From the NCBI GenBank assembly GCA_008632985.1, contig QPGO01000047.1, positions 243,496 through 263,495 of the forward strand: a DNA stretch of 20,000 nt, read 5' to 3'. The notes below the pieces were generated by a model, which ran no database searches, was not told the DNA's origin, and was given only the letters and a program-made list of their open reading frames with translations. The translations under genes and the position numbers were made by a program. Shown one piece after another: positions 1 through 11,319 of this stretch. Positions within the stretch are counted from its first letter, which is position 1. Each line of letters opens with the position of its first letter. This stretch comes from Psammoneis japonica (Eukaryota).

Positions 1-2
1 AT

Positions 3-587
3 AACGGATGGATGGATTTGATGTTTATGTTTACGCACTTTCATTGCCAAAAGCTACCCGACTCGTACGAGGAAACCAAGAGACTTGTTCACGAGTACTT
101 TCCCGTCGTTTACGATACCAAAGTCCTTTCGAGCGAGTACTGCTTGGATTTTAGGGTTCGGAGCGATAGTACAACATTGCTAAAACTGCATGAAACGCTG
201 ATTGTACAAGACATATTGAACTCGAATCCAATCATTGTTTTAGACAATCAAGGAAATGGCGAAGCTCCCCTGTCGACACAAGAGCATGAGGCCGAGTATG
301 ATGCTTTCATGACGGGTGCCATTTTTGCGACCTTGTGCAAGAACATCCTTGATATGAAGGGTGAACGTTTTAGAGCCAATTATCATGTTGATTTAGATGC
401 ATCGGACGAGTCGCAAACGAATGCTAAGGATGACGATGATGACGATGACGACAATTCAGAAGCATCGAACGAATCGGACGTTTCTTTCGTACAAGACGGT
501 TCTTCCAAACGCGGCTTTGGTAGCTTGGTCCATCTGCTGGCGCCGACGCATGACCAAGACGTTAGGCGCTACTTTGGACGCAACAAG
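3..587 (+). CDS. PARN: Poly(A)-specific ribonuclease (PARN/CAF1 DEDD family), penultimate exon; 5' end lies outside the window
   Basis: The frame is open from base 3 (NGWMDLMFMFTHF...LP..YEE.K.LVHEYFP.VYDTK...HEAEYDAFMTG). This matches the PARN/CAF1 motifs HN.LLD, DTK and HEAGYDA.ITG. The exon ends at AAG|GTCAGT. Confidence 0.85.
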
Positions 588-683
588 GTCAGTACAGCAT
601 TACTTGTGTGTTCTCAAACGTTTTACGAAAAGTCACCCGTCTTTAGCTTATCCCTTGTGTATATCCTTTCTTGCCAAATCTAG
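588..683 (+). other. 96-nt GT-AG spliceosomal intron (phase 0) in PARN
   Basis: It starts GTCAGT at 588, has a pyrimidine-rich 3' part and ends TAG at 681-683. Removing it joins GRNK to IFFFNGLYTMDLE in frame, resembling PARN 'NKLFLM...YLNLEG'. Confidence 0.8.
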
Positions 684-1181
684 ATATTCTTCTTCAATGG
701 CTTGTACACAATGGATCTTGAAGAACCTGCAATGGATCCGTTGAAATTGGGCATGTCAAAAGAGTTCACCTATCGTGTTTGCGGCATTGATACGACTGTC
801 TCCACAAGAGACATTACTGGTTGTTTGTCTGGCATTGGAGACTACGAGCTCGTTTGGGTTGATGACACTACATTTATGATTGCTGCAAAGACAGATGAAG
901 GTGAAGCAGGAGAGAGTAGGATGGCACTACGTCGCAATGCGCGGGCCATTTTGGGGGCGCTTCGTGCTCGCTTTTCTGGCCAAACGATAATCACATTGGA
1001 CGAGCACTTGAAACGCGTTGCTGCGCAAGAGGCGGCCGAAGCGAGATTCGGTAAGGGTATTCATAGTCGGTTGGCCGCGTGGGTGTTCAAGACGTGGCAC
1101 ACGGTTTTCGGGAGGAAGAAGCGTCCGATTACCGAGGATGGCGAGAGTCAGCGCCCAAATAAGAGACAACGCGTGTCATAG
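684..1181 (+). CDS. PARN: PARN last exon: RRM-like domain plus basic C-terminal tail (putative NLS)
   Basis: 'STRDITGCLSGIGDYELVWVDDTTFMI' resembles the PARN RRM '[27 protein letters not shown]'. The tail is RKKRP...RPNKRQR, with stop TAG at 1179-1181. Confidence 0.8.
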   Translation: MFFFNGLYTMDLEEPAMDPLKLGMSKEFTYRVCGIDTTVSTRDITGCLSGIGDYELVWVDDTTFMIAAKTDEGEAGESRMALRRNARAILGALRARFSGQTIITLDEHLKRVAAQEAAEARFGKGIHSRLAAWVFKTWHTVFGRKKRPITEDGESQRPNKRQRVS

Positions 1182-1330
1182 GTTGTCTATGAGAAGGTGT
1201 ACATGATACGGGGTTTGGAGATGGAAGCAAAAGGAATGTGGGGGCTAGCGAGGGATGACTAGAACTTTAATAAGTTAGCAGCCGCAAAATCTGCCTAATA
1301 GAACCTTCAGGAGTAGTGCGACCGGTGACA

Positions 1331-1479
1331 TGATCTTTGCATTCGCCTGCTGCGCAACAGAAAGATACAGCATAATCGACGCGGCGCCACAAGAAGGACA
1401 GTGCGACAGGATATCTGATCTTTGCATTCGCCTGCTGCGCCATAGAAAATTACAGCATAATCGACGTGCGTCACAAGAA
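1331..1479. repeat. Two-copy direct repeat (~65-nt unit, 85-nt period) between the convergent 3' ends
   Basis: TGATCTTTGCATTCGCCTGCTGCGC is identical at 1331 and 1416. It is followed in both copies by near-identical AGAAA..TACAGCATAATCGACG..GCG.CACAAGAA. Confidence 0.9.
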
Positions 1480-1618
1480 CAAAAGTGGATCTTCATCTGT
1501 CGGTGCGATTCGTCGAAAACTCGAGTCTGCACCGATATGTGATACTACCGTACAGCTCTCCTGTACAAATACTCCTGCATCTACTGACGAGGTTTCTTTA
1601 CAAGCTTCGTGCTCTTGA

Positions 1619-3271
1619 CTAGTTTCCAATGTATACTCTGATGATATCCGCGATAGAGGCATAGGTACCAATGACGAGAAACACAAGTCCAGCCAAGAAC
1701 AAAAGGTAGCACTTGATCAATTGTGGCCAGTGTAACTTCCAAGAATTCGGTGCAGGAATACAAATCCATTGCGACTCGACCAAATCGTCGTTTCCATAGT
1801 CCAACCGTTTAATCCAGGCGAGCTCCAAAAGGGGTGGGATCAGTAGAGCCGTTGACGAGCCAGCCAGGGCACCTGCTAGCGAGATTAGGGCTTGTACATT
1901 TGGTACAATGACTGCCACCAAGTAGGTCAACATGACCAGCAGTGCTCGCAAGAGTGGGGAGTCTCCCGGCATGGTCATCTTTGGAAGTTGTGTGGCTATT
2001 GAAAAGACGTTCAAAGATGAGGTACGCGAGTTTGCACTTGAGTCAATCTCGTCGCTTTCAGCGTCACCATTCAACTGTCCATAGTGGTGTTCCGATGCTG
2101 GGGTCATCTCTGAGGGCGATACCGGTCTATGCTCTTCAAGTGGCGGTAGCGGCTCAAACGCCGATAGATCATTGTCCTCATCCGTAGTCCCGTCAGGTCG
2201 ATTGAAATAGTGCAGTAGCTTTCTTGATAGCCAAGGCCCGATGAGTTCCAATGCAGGAAAGAGTTGAAGTGGATAGGTCAATAGTACAGACAAGCTCACG
2301 GCCGTATTTGCCACCATGAGCCACCCCGCAATTGAAGGATCGTCTCGGTATGTTTCAACAAGAAAGGCAGTTACACTTCCATTGGTCACCTTTCCAAATA
2401 CCCAAACACAAGTACACGATACAGCGGCCAGAACAAAAGCAACAAACGTCATGGCTGAAACAAACACTTTTTGGAAGTGCTGCGGTTCTTTCATGGCAGA
2501 CTCAACCGGTAAAATTAGGCAAATGCCTTCATAGGAATAGAGAATTGCACATATTGCCAAAGGAGAAGAGGAAAGGTGGATAGTAGGAGTCTCCTCCGGT
2601 CTGTCACTCCATTTCTCTCCAACCACAACACCCAAGCAGCCAAAGCCGAGAAAGAGCAATAGGGTTGCAACAGCAACAACTGGTGCCAATGCTTTGAGAT
2701 TAGGAAGACAGCTCAGCATCATGACTGCCGGAAGAACCATTGTAATGACAAAACCATGGCCGATATTGTTCACCTCGAGGCGTGTCAGAACAGCAAGCAA
2801 GTTTTCTCCGACAAAGGATAAAAACACGGTACAAACAGCCAGTTGCGTGACGCAGATACAAGCTCTAATGTACGCCTGAAATTTTGTTCCATCCGCCCAA
2901 TGTCCGACATCAGGATACGTAATGTTGGTAGATATGGACGTTGCGGTGCCCTCTTCTTCTCCGTCGTTTTGTTCCGGGTTATCGTCCGCTTGGGTTTGTT
3001 CAATGTATCTCTTTATCTTGACGACGGTCCAGCAGTTGTACGACGTCCAGTACGACATGGCAAATATTGCAATGAAGCCTCCCGGTATTCCCAACTGACC
3101 CACAGCCCACGGAAGACTAAGACACCCCGGGCCGAGGTAGCCCTTGAGCAAGTGAAGAAAGGTCTCGGTGCACGTGGTTTGGTGAAGCTCGTCTTCATCG
3201 TTCTCTGCAGAAGTCACGCTGGTTCGTCTGCTTGTTGATAATTCACCCGTGGCGCTATTGTATTCTCTCAT
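1619..3271 (-). CDS. Amino acid/auxin permease (AAAP, Aa_trans; SLC36/PAT-like) transporter
   Basis: Uninterrupted ORF with about 11 hydrophobic segments. It carries the family motifs 'ETFLHLLKGYLGPGCLSLPWA', 'YSYEGICLILPVESAMKEP.HF', 'LTYPLQLFPA' and 'IPN..ALISLAGAL'. The first in-frame ATG is at 3271; the frame is open to ~3358, so an upstream exon or start cannot be excluded. Confidence 0.9.
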   Translation of the reverse strand: MREYNSATGELSTSRRTSVTSAENDEDELHQTTCTETFLHLLKGYLGPGCLSLPWAVGQLGIPGGFIAIFAMSYWTSYNCWTVVKIKRYIEQTQADDNPEQNDGEEEGTATSISTNITYPDVGHWADGTKFQAYIRACICVTQLAVCTVFLSFVGENLLAVLTRLEVNNIGHGFVITMVLPAVMMLSCLPNLKALAPVVAVATLLLFLGFGCLGVVVGEKWSDRPEETPTIHLSSSPLAICAILYSYEGICLILPVESAMKEPQHFQKVFVSAMTFVAFVLAAVSCTCVWVFGKVTNGSVTAFLVETYRDDPSIAGWLMVANTAVSLSVLLTYPLQLFPALELIGPWLSRKLLHYFNRPDGTTDEDNDLSAFEPLPPLEEHRPVSPSEMTPASEHHYGQLNGDAESDEIDSSANSRTSSLNVFSIATQLPKMTMPGDSPLLRALLVMLTYLVAVIVPNVQALISLAGALAGSSTALLIPPLLELAWIKRLDYGNDDLVESQWICIPAPNSWKLHWPQLIKCYLLFLAGLVFLVIGTYASIADIIRVYIGN

Positions 3272-3630
3272 AATATCAATAGAAAGAGGGCGCGCCTCGT
3301 CATTGGGGTCATCAATGGACACAAGGGAAAGGGAGAGAGGAGAGAGAACTAAGGTACATCAGCAACAACACGAGCTTTCCGCAAACCCTGCGGCGGCATC
3401 ATACCGGTACTGTAGCATCTCGCATCGCATCGCAACTGCGCGAGGTCCGGTGGGTTCGGTCCTCGAGCTATACTCTCCATCGTTTTGCTTTGAATGTTTT
3501 TTGACACCTGTGGACAAACGGGACACTGCGTAGCCAGGGTGTACTTCAGTACTCAGTGCTTCGTGGACAAGTGTACCAAGGCGTACCAACGTGTATCAAG
3601 TGCTTCACGAACGATGGGGAGTGAAAAACT

Positions 3631-3691
3631 TGCGCGAAAAATCGCGCACGCTGAGCAGGTAAGTCAGACGGGACTCATTCAGTCACGTCTG
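3631..3691. promoter_or_regulatory. Two short inverted repeats upstream of the transporter and near the left edge of the degenerate block
   Basis: TGCGCGA-AAAA-TCGCGCA (3631-3648) contains an E2F-like TTTCGCGC on the minus strand. CAGACG-G-GACT-CATTC-AGTC-A-CGTCTG spans 3665-3691. Function is not determinable from sequence. Confidence 0.3.
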
Positions 3692-4000
3692 CACGAATTT
3701 CCTCAAAACAACACCCACCATGCACCATGAGAATCGGAGCGGCGTTTTAGACTGTTGCCAATCCTTTCAACAATATCAACACTATCTACTAGTCTTGACT
3801 ATCGTAAAGAATCAACTTATGTTGCTTGTTTGAAGGTTTTCAGCCAATTGTAAGATGAAAACATGGATTTTGTAATTGCACCACGATTGATTCGACACTC
3901 ATCATTTTCGCTCTTCACTGCATGTCGCGATCGAATCGTATTGCGCCTTTGTTTCATTATGTCACTCATTTTCTTTGTAATGGTCATCTTTGTCACTCAT

Positions 4001-5780
4001 GCACAGAGGCTTGTGATGAAGCATCTTGCAGAATGGGAGGTGCGGCACGCGGCACTGTTGTCGTCCAGACAATGTGCAGTGGCTGTCATGATGGTGGACA
4101 CTGCAGAAGGGCACGTGGACATGATGAGTTGGCTCATTGAGAAGGCATTGCTCGCACTGCTGCTGTCAAGCTGGGAAACAACCAATCAACAGCTGATTTT
4201 GTTGGTTGCGCTTCTGTCCTTCTGTGAAAGCTCTTTGACTCCTGCTTCGATGGATCGCTTGTGCGTCCATCTCAACGACTGCGCCGCTGGTCGTGAGCTA
4301 GAACTGCTGACTGTTGCAAGGGACCACGCGTGGAGGGAAGCTGGTCGATGATTTCCTGGCCCCATCTTCGAAAAATGCCAGAGATCTGCACACGAAACTG
4401 GCAGTGTCATTGACTCTTCGCCACTTTCGAATCAGATGGCCCCGGATGGCAGCAGGTCAGCGGAAGAAGGAATGTGTCCTTTTCAGGTGCTGGAGCGGCG
4501 TTCACAAATGCAACTCGCTTGACCTTCATGCAGTTTGAGCCCGTGCTGCTTGAGTTCCTGTCCATTGAACATTGGCCACACTGAGTCGGTCGACAACATT
4601 GATGTCGATGTTGACAGGCTGCTTTGCGTTGCACTGGCTTCGCATCTGCAATCCCCTTGGCCTTGCCTTTTCGATGTAGCATGACTGCTCTACAAGGAAC
4701 CAGGCCTTTTGCTGACTACAAACAAAAGCCTCCAACGCTGCTTCAGTCGTGCTTGAGACCTGCCAGTCTTCATTGTGCAATGTGCTGGTTCGATCTCCCT
4801 GCTGCACTCGGCTTGTCCGACAAATTGACGCAATGAATGGAACTCGAAGCCCGCCCCTTGATTTGGCAAAGGAACTCGTGTGCCTGTGGAAGGAGTCTTT
4901 TAAAAGAACAAGCACTGCTGTCGATGCAAGTGAAGATCTCCCACCTCCGCTTGGCATGGAATCAGTGCGGTTGCAAGCGGTGACAGCAGGGTGCATGCTT
5001 CCCTTTGGCAGAAAATCCCTCCCACCGAAGCTCGCCCCAATGATTCGATCTCTCGTGACAGCCCTGATGAATGAGTCAAGTGGATCTCGACAGGGATGGA
5101 AATTTCTTCATGTGCTGCTCAGATGTTGAAGCTTCCATCTGTTGGAGACCATCTGAGAGTGAGGCACAGAGTGATGGAGAACATCTGCGTCCTTGTGGAA
5201 CATGAGAAATCATCCACTGGCCTTGATGTCCGTGCCAAAGGCTTCATTGTTGCGGCCGCACATGTTCTTGAGTGACAAGTCCATCATCTTCCAAGTCACT
5301 GCACCATGAATGCCCTCCTTCAATTTGGGCGAGAATGAAGCTGTTGAACAGGTGCAGTGCAATCAATCTGCCACAGACGCATTTTGGGGGTTGTGTCGAA
5401 ATCGCCATGACGCAATGCCGATTTGTTCGCTCGCTTGACAGACTTCACAGTCCAATCTCTCGTGCTTGTCACTTTTGGGTGCCCCAGTGTCCGATGCCTT
5501 TCCCTGGCAGCGTTTGAGTCATCATTGTGAACTCAAAAAAGGGTTGAGGATTTCGGTGAAGCATCTCAGAGATGCTCAAAATGACACATGCATGCCAGCG
5601 AGTTGCACCTTGCTGCAATCGATCATCAAATCTGCTGGGATGTGAGTTCGCGAGTTTGTCAAGCTTCTTCTGTCCATTGTGATGTCTCTCATGACTGATT
5701 CATTAGTTGATTGCCCGACAATGGCTGCTTGGAGTTTTGCTGACTTCGGCACGATTGCCCCTTTGGTGCGAAGGGACCAG
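4001..5780 (+). pseudogene. BTAF1: Fragmented BTAF1/Mot1 (TBP-associated Snf2 ATPase) HEAT-region pseudogene
   Basis: 'EWEVRHAALL' (~4030) resembles Mot1 'WEVRHGA'. 'LPPKLAPMIRSLVTALMNE' (~5020) resembles 'LPEKLNPIIKPLMETIKKE'. 'REFVKLLLSIVMSLMTD...AAWSFA' (~5650-5740) resembles 'PYIVLLVVPVLGRMSD...ATQCFA'. It has multiple stops, frameshifts and deletions, and no ATPase domain. Confidence 0.7.
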
Positions 5781-5988
5781 TCATGTGTTGTTGGAGCAAC
5801 GGACGCCAACGATTCCACCACAAAGGTGAGAGGGCAAGAGCCAGCACACACCACCGAGACATTGTTCCTTCACATGAATGCAAACAAAAGGATCCAGCAG
5901 GGGCTGGCTTCGATGATGGAGGAGGAATCCGATGGCAGCATTGTTGTGCATGCCGGCAACCCCACGTTGAGACTTGCACTTTACGACC

Positions 5989-6340
5989 ATGTCGGACGAA
6001 GAGCAAGAACCACACGATGAATTTGGAAATGCACTGGCCCTGATCTAGGTGACGATTCCTCCTCTTCTTCTTCGGATGAACATGATGAGCATCCACAAGC
6101 TCCTGACGATGCGTCCGACGTCTCTGAAGAAGGCTGTGGCGGTGGTGCCATGGTGATCCCCTCGGATCATCAAGAAGAAGCAGAAGCAGAACCTGTGGGT
6201 GTGATTGTCTTGCACAAAGACAAGGAGCATTGTCCTTCTGCCAATGAGGTTATGGCGAAGAAGTGCGGACGGCTGTTTTAGATGAAGATGCCATGGATCT
6301 TGACGTGCCCTTGGTGGAGCCCATTCAGACAAAGAAAAAC
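5989..6340 (+). pseudogene. EFTUD2: 5' fragment of EFTUD2/Snu114 (U5 snRNP 116 kDa GTPase), acidic N-terminal domain only
   Basis: It reads MSDEEQEPHDEFGN/[fs]CTGPDL..acidic..IVLHKDKEHCPSANEV/[fs]YGEEVRTAVLDEDAMDLDVPLVEPIQTKK. The conserved pattern is 'LYDEFGNYIGP.L...VLHEDK.YYP.AEEVYG..V...V.EED.Q.L..PII.P'. There are two frameshifts. Confidence 0.85.
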
Positions 6341-6377
6341 GCCGTTGCTGCTGCTGGTGGTGGTGGAGTTTCGGATG

Positions 6378-6668
6378 TGTCTTGCCATTCGCGAAGCCGT
6401 CTTGGGTTCAAATCATCTGGACATGGCTGCCAGTTGCAACAACATTGCTTTGGTTCTCGAACATCAGGGCAAGCACGAGGAGGCCTTGATGGAGCATCTC
6501 AAGGCACTTGCCATCTTGGGGACAAATCATCCCGACACGGCTTCAAGGCACAACAACATTGGTGTGGTTCTCAAACATCAAGGCAAGTTCGAGGAAGCCT
6601 TGCTCGAGTTTCAAAAGGCACTTGACATTCATCAGGCCGTCTTGGGTCTAAATCATCCACATCAATGA
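6378..6668 (+). pseudogene. Fragment of a kinesin-light-chain/nephrocystin-type TPR repeat gene (about 2 repeats)
   Basis: It reads LAIREAVLGSNHLDMAASCNNIALVLEHQGKHEEALMEHLKALAI and LGTNHPDTASRHNNIGVVLKHQGKFEEALLEFQKAL. The typical pattern is 'HP..A.SYNN.G.V...QGKYEEAL..YQKAL', so Tyr positions are now Cys or His. Confidence 0.85.
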
Positions 6669-7981
6669 TTGCAGCTGCCACAAGGAATCATCAGTGATTG
6701 GTGCGGGACCAAATGATGGCCATGGGTGAAGGAGAAGTGCACAGAACCCCATCTGTGGAGCGCGTCGAAACCGTCTGTTTCAGGCTGGTGCTCCGGTCCA
6801 TGGAGAAGAATTGAGCACTTCTCTTTCACTTCATCATTCAAGAGGGGTCTCTGACAATGCGTCGGCGGAGCGACAAAAAGAGGGAGCTGCTCCAGCTTCA
6901 ATTTGTTTGACCCGCACGATGTGATTGAATCCTTCCTTGCACCCAATGCACCTTGAACTTGATTCCAATGCCGACGGTTGTCTCTTGTCAATGGACTGCG
7001 ACGATGACGGTCGCAGCACTTGTGATGTCGTTGCACACTTTGATGTCGTAATTTTTGTTTTTGCACCACGCCAAGCAGCCCCAGTCCGAGCATGGCGAAT
7101 CCACACATTGATTTACACAAGCAAAGGATCGATGACTGTGAATGTGTGCAGGTGCTGGTTGGTCATGTCAGCTCAGAACGACGGCGCCGAAAGCTGTGGC
7201 AAGAGTGAATTTGATGTGGTTTGATGAGTCATCCTGTTTCTGATGACTGTTTCAGCCTTTCATTGAAGGAGTTCGTCCATGGATTCTTGCGCGACAGATC
7301 TTGTCAAGGTGGCAAAGAATGTTGACAAAAGCGCTGATCTCTTTGTCAGCCTTCACCATGGGAACGTTGCCAGTGCTTTGAACACCTGGATGTCGTGTGA
7401 CCAATTTCGTTCTCTGAGAGAAGTGGCTGCATCTCTGTTTCATCATTTTCTGCTGGTCTCATGAGATGAAATTGTTTCACAACATCTTGGATCAAACGAC
7501 GGGAGTGCTCTTCTTCTCTCCCTCATCTGCACCAACAAGGATGCCGTCGTGCCACAGAAGTGGGCCGACTTGGACCCTTGCTTCATTGTGAACAGCCAAG
7601 AGGTGAAACTTCACAGCTTCACAACATCGGCAAGTTTGCATCTGTTTGCTTTCCCTTGAACTGGAGCGATTTGGTGTCCTTGCAAACTGGTTTGTCGATT
7701 TTAACAATGGCATGTCTCCAGGTGCATGAGGTTGTCTCAATGGTGGCCCACCAGCACAAGGAAGCCGATGAGTGGGAGCTGAAGAAACTTTGGTTGAGAA
7801 AAGGGAAGAATCATGCTTTGACATTTGTTTGACGCCGGCTGCTCCAACCTCTTCGACTCTTCCCGCAGGGCTCCTGTTCTTGCAGAGAAAGGTGAAGAAG
7901 GTGGAGGTCACTCGTGCTGTTAACAACCTCACAGCAGCCGGAAACACTTCTCCAAATGGGAACCAGCTTTCACAACTCAGA

Positions 7982-8442
7982 ATGAATTGAGCGGATCTGT
8001 TGTCTGTGGCATTTGTTGGGACCTTTTCGGGATGCACAAATCCACTTTTACGAAGGGGATCTGCGGAAGCTGAAGCCGACGACGAGCCACGAAATGAAAA
8101 CAAAGCATCTTTCTCCCTCCGACGTTCGCTTGCAGAACTTCAACGAATTCAAGTGATGGCATGGCCCCGTGTGCTGTGCTCAATCAATGGGGTTCTTTGT
8201 TGTGCTTCAAGGTTTTGGCAACATTGGATTTGACGCTTGCCGTGCTGGCATGCAATGCCCTTTCTTTGGTGTTTAGAAGCAGTTTCGGCACCAGCCTTTT
8301 TCTGGGAGAGCGGGTGGACAAACCTTTTCGAGCCTCTGCTGGGGCATCCTTGGTTGTGACGGGTGTTGCCATCTGCATGTCATCAAGAGAGGCAGATCGT
8401 CAATCACCTCGGCCAGATGCAACAAAAGAAGGAGAGCTGTGA
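7982..8442 (+). pseudogene. TMEM234: Near-full-length TMEM234 (UPF0546, DMT-like membrane protein) pseudogene
   Basis: It reads MN*ADLLSVAFVGTFSGCTNPLLRRGS...LNQWGSLLCFKVLATLDLTLAVLACNALSLVF...LGE...AGASLVVTGVAICMSS. TMEM234 reads 'VAALWGGTQPLLKR...[32 protein letters not shown]...LGE...AGMVLTVIGISLC'. There is a premature TGA at codon 3 and a frameshift near 8160. Confidence 0.8.
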
Positions 8443-8899
8443 CGAGAAAGTTGTTTGACTTTCTGCACAAATGGGACTTTTTCCTGTGTGAAGAACACAC
8501 TCACTGTGTGCAGCACCTTGTTTCACAGTGAAGGGTTGAAATGATGCCAGGCACCTCCAGAAAACGCTGGACGATTTCGCTCATGCTATGATGACATGTG
8601 GTTGCAACTTGGCCGAAGAGGGAAGAGTATCATGCAGCTTTCCCGGCTGTTTGTGATTCAGTCTTGACTTGGACCTGCGTGTGCTTCTAAAAACTGGACG
8701 AGTCATCAGGAAACAGCGGTGGTGGCATCGGCTTGGCTCCTGCCTTCTCTTCGGCACGTTGCATGATTGGAGTTTTGAGTTGCGGGTGTCAAACTAGACT
8801 GTGCCCAAGAAGACAGTGCGGGGGAAGTTGCAAAGACTCTCCAGGAAGAAATTGTAGACTTGGTGGAAGAGCGAGCGACTGTGGCAGTGGACTTGTTGA

Positions 8900-9338
8900 A
8901 TCAACCGGCAGCTCTGGACAATGCGAGAATTGCCGAGAAGAGGAGTTTGAGCAAGAGTTGAGAAAGGAAGCACAGGATGCGATGCAAAGGCTCTCATCAA
9001 GTGGAGCCTCCACGTCAACAATGGCGGATTCGGCAGCGCTAGAAGCACACGAGACCAAAATTGTTCGACTGATGGAAGCCAACAAGAAGGCTGAAGAAAA
9101 GCACTCTGGTGAAATGGAAGAAGCTCAGGGGGGAAGTTCAATGGTTGGAGTTGGCAAATGCTGCATTGAAGGTGGATCTGGACCAAGCAGAAGAGACATG
9201 CAAGTGCTTCAGCGCATTTCACAAGAACGAATCGATGCAGAATGGGAAAAGACAGATGATTTGATTCTCACCTTGGAAGATGCCACAGATCAGCTTCGAC
9301 CAGATGAGGATGTCCCCATCAAAAGCGATCGCGAATGA
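8900..9338 (+). pseudogene. Fragment of an unidentified coiled-coil protein gene
   Basis: E/K/Q/A-rich helical stretches (EQELRKEAQDAMQRL...LEAHETKIVRLMEANKKAEEKH; ERIDAEWEKTDDLILTLEDATDQL) lie inside the degenerate block. No family was recognised. Confidence 0.35.
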
Positions 9339-11319
9339 CTCCTGTCCATGCTAGAAACAGCAGTGCTTGCACATTGACAAGTCAAGCTGTTGCTCATGTT
9401 GATCGAGACCACATTGCAGAATCAACTTGAGAGTGTGAAGAATGACAATCTCAGCATGAGCGGGGCTGGACCAATGGATGCCAGGGTCATGGATCATTTG
9501 AGTCGACACAGGCCGAAGGCACTGGACACAGCTCCAGTCAAGACTGCACTGCATCTGCAGCAGCAACATGGGTCACCATCCTCTTTCAAAACAAACCTTG
9601 CCCACCACTTGCAGACACACATTGGAAGACGTCCAGGCAGCCTTTTCCACCAAATCCAAGGCCAAATGCAACACGAAATGATTCATCACCAGGAGTGCCC
9701 TGGGTGGCGGGATGGCAATGATTGGGAACAAGAAGTGCACTGTGCTGCCCCGCCTCATTGGGACACTGTTGGACACAAAGACCCAATCTGGAGGAAGCAG
9801 CCATTGCAGAAACATCCATCATGGAACCCGATTGTCCCGACAATTGGCTTGCAAGCCAAGGTGCCGTCAGGTGGTTTGGACCGGTCAAGGAGGGTGACAG
9901 GCCGCGCTCTTTGGATGAGAGCGGAGCATGCATTGGCTGAATTCAGAGCTTTGAGGATTGGGCTTGTGTTGATCGCTGCTTTGGAAATGGGCGGAACAAC
10001 AGGTGCTTTCAAGTCGTCAAAGAGCCCGCAAGCGAGAACAGTGCAACACTCTCTGGCTTGAAACCTTGACGACACTGCCAAATGGAAGTTTTCTGAGCTG
10101 TTGTCCTCAGCTTTGTCATTGCTGCAAAGCCTCTGTTTTCCCTCAATCTAGCTGGGTGTGACTGCAGCAAGCTCCAATCTCAATGTGTTGTCATTGGCTG
10201 TGCGTGTGTGCAGGAGCATTGATTTCAGCGACTCAGCGAAGCTTCGTTGAACATTCGGTTTGACCGAAACTTGATGAGGTTGTCTTCTTGGAAACCACAT
10301 GGTGCAAACGCAACTAGCATCATGTTGCACTCTTTTCACTTTCGCACACTGGCTTGCACAATCTGATGGCACAAGATGGGAGTGCACCAAAACATTCATC
10401 CCACCCTGCACAGTGTTCCGACTGCCGTGTTGGCCAATGTCAACAGCCACGCAAGCAGCAAAAGTGGAAAGTGGAAAGCAATCTGCTGTTGTTCTTGTCA
10501 TGACGGATGTCATTCGACGTCATGACTGGTTGAATTGTTCCAAACACAAAATGCGCATGATGCATGGACAGGCCAGGAATTGTGTGGATGATGCATCCAG
10601 CAAATGGTTGTGGTTCTTGGCAACAACAAGATTGTGCAAGGACCCATTTGATTGAAAAGATGGAAGCACATGAATGACAAAGTTCTGTGTTCATTCTAGA
10701 TGCCACGGAATGTTTTCCTTCATTGCCATGGAGAGGAGCCGCCATCCTTCCTGGCACACAAACAAAGCCATTCCGTGACACCAATGCTTGCCTTGACATT
10801 TCCATTCTTCCACAATTCATTCTCCACATCCGAAACAAGCAAGGGTTTGGTTCATTGACTGCGGCTGATCTTGAGCAAGTGCAGAGTCGTTGTTTCATTG
10901 AAGCACCAATCATGCCTGGCACACATTTTGTTGCGGAAAACATGAGTCGCGGGGCGGGACCCACTGTTGCTTGAACCTTGGCACTTCAACAAAGACTGAC
11001 TGCCACATCGTTTCAAGAGTCGGGTGGTCGAACCGGGGCACAAAGGGTGCATTGCTACGTTGACAAGGAAGATGAAAAGCAATGTCAGCAAATGCATCTC
11101 GAATGAAAAGAAAAACAGACACGAAATCGACTTACGTTGGGGGTGCGTTCGAATGCAATGCAACACAATGAGTGCACCCCACGGCAGTTTGAAATGCATG
11201 ACAAACTCATGCAATGTTGGCAAGTCTTTGATGTGCACAAAAGCTGTTTTGTGCCGTGAAATGGAGTTGAGAGATGCCCCCATGCATGCTCGATTTCCAG
11301 AGTGCAAAACAAGCAGTCA

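Noticed and set aside
430..451. GAT/GAC microsatellite
   Set aside because: It simply encodes a poly-Asp linker within PARN.
1331..1479. CRISPR-like repeat-spacer array
   Set aside because: There are only two copies, similarity extends through the would-be spacer, the context is eukaryotic and no cas genes are present.
3789..3792. CTAG as a Helitron 3' terminus for the mosaic block
   Set aside because: There is no convincing GC-rich hairpin at the expected distance and no matching 5' TC end could be assigned.
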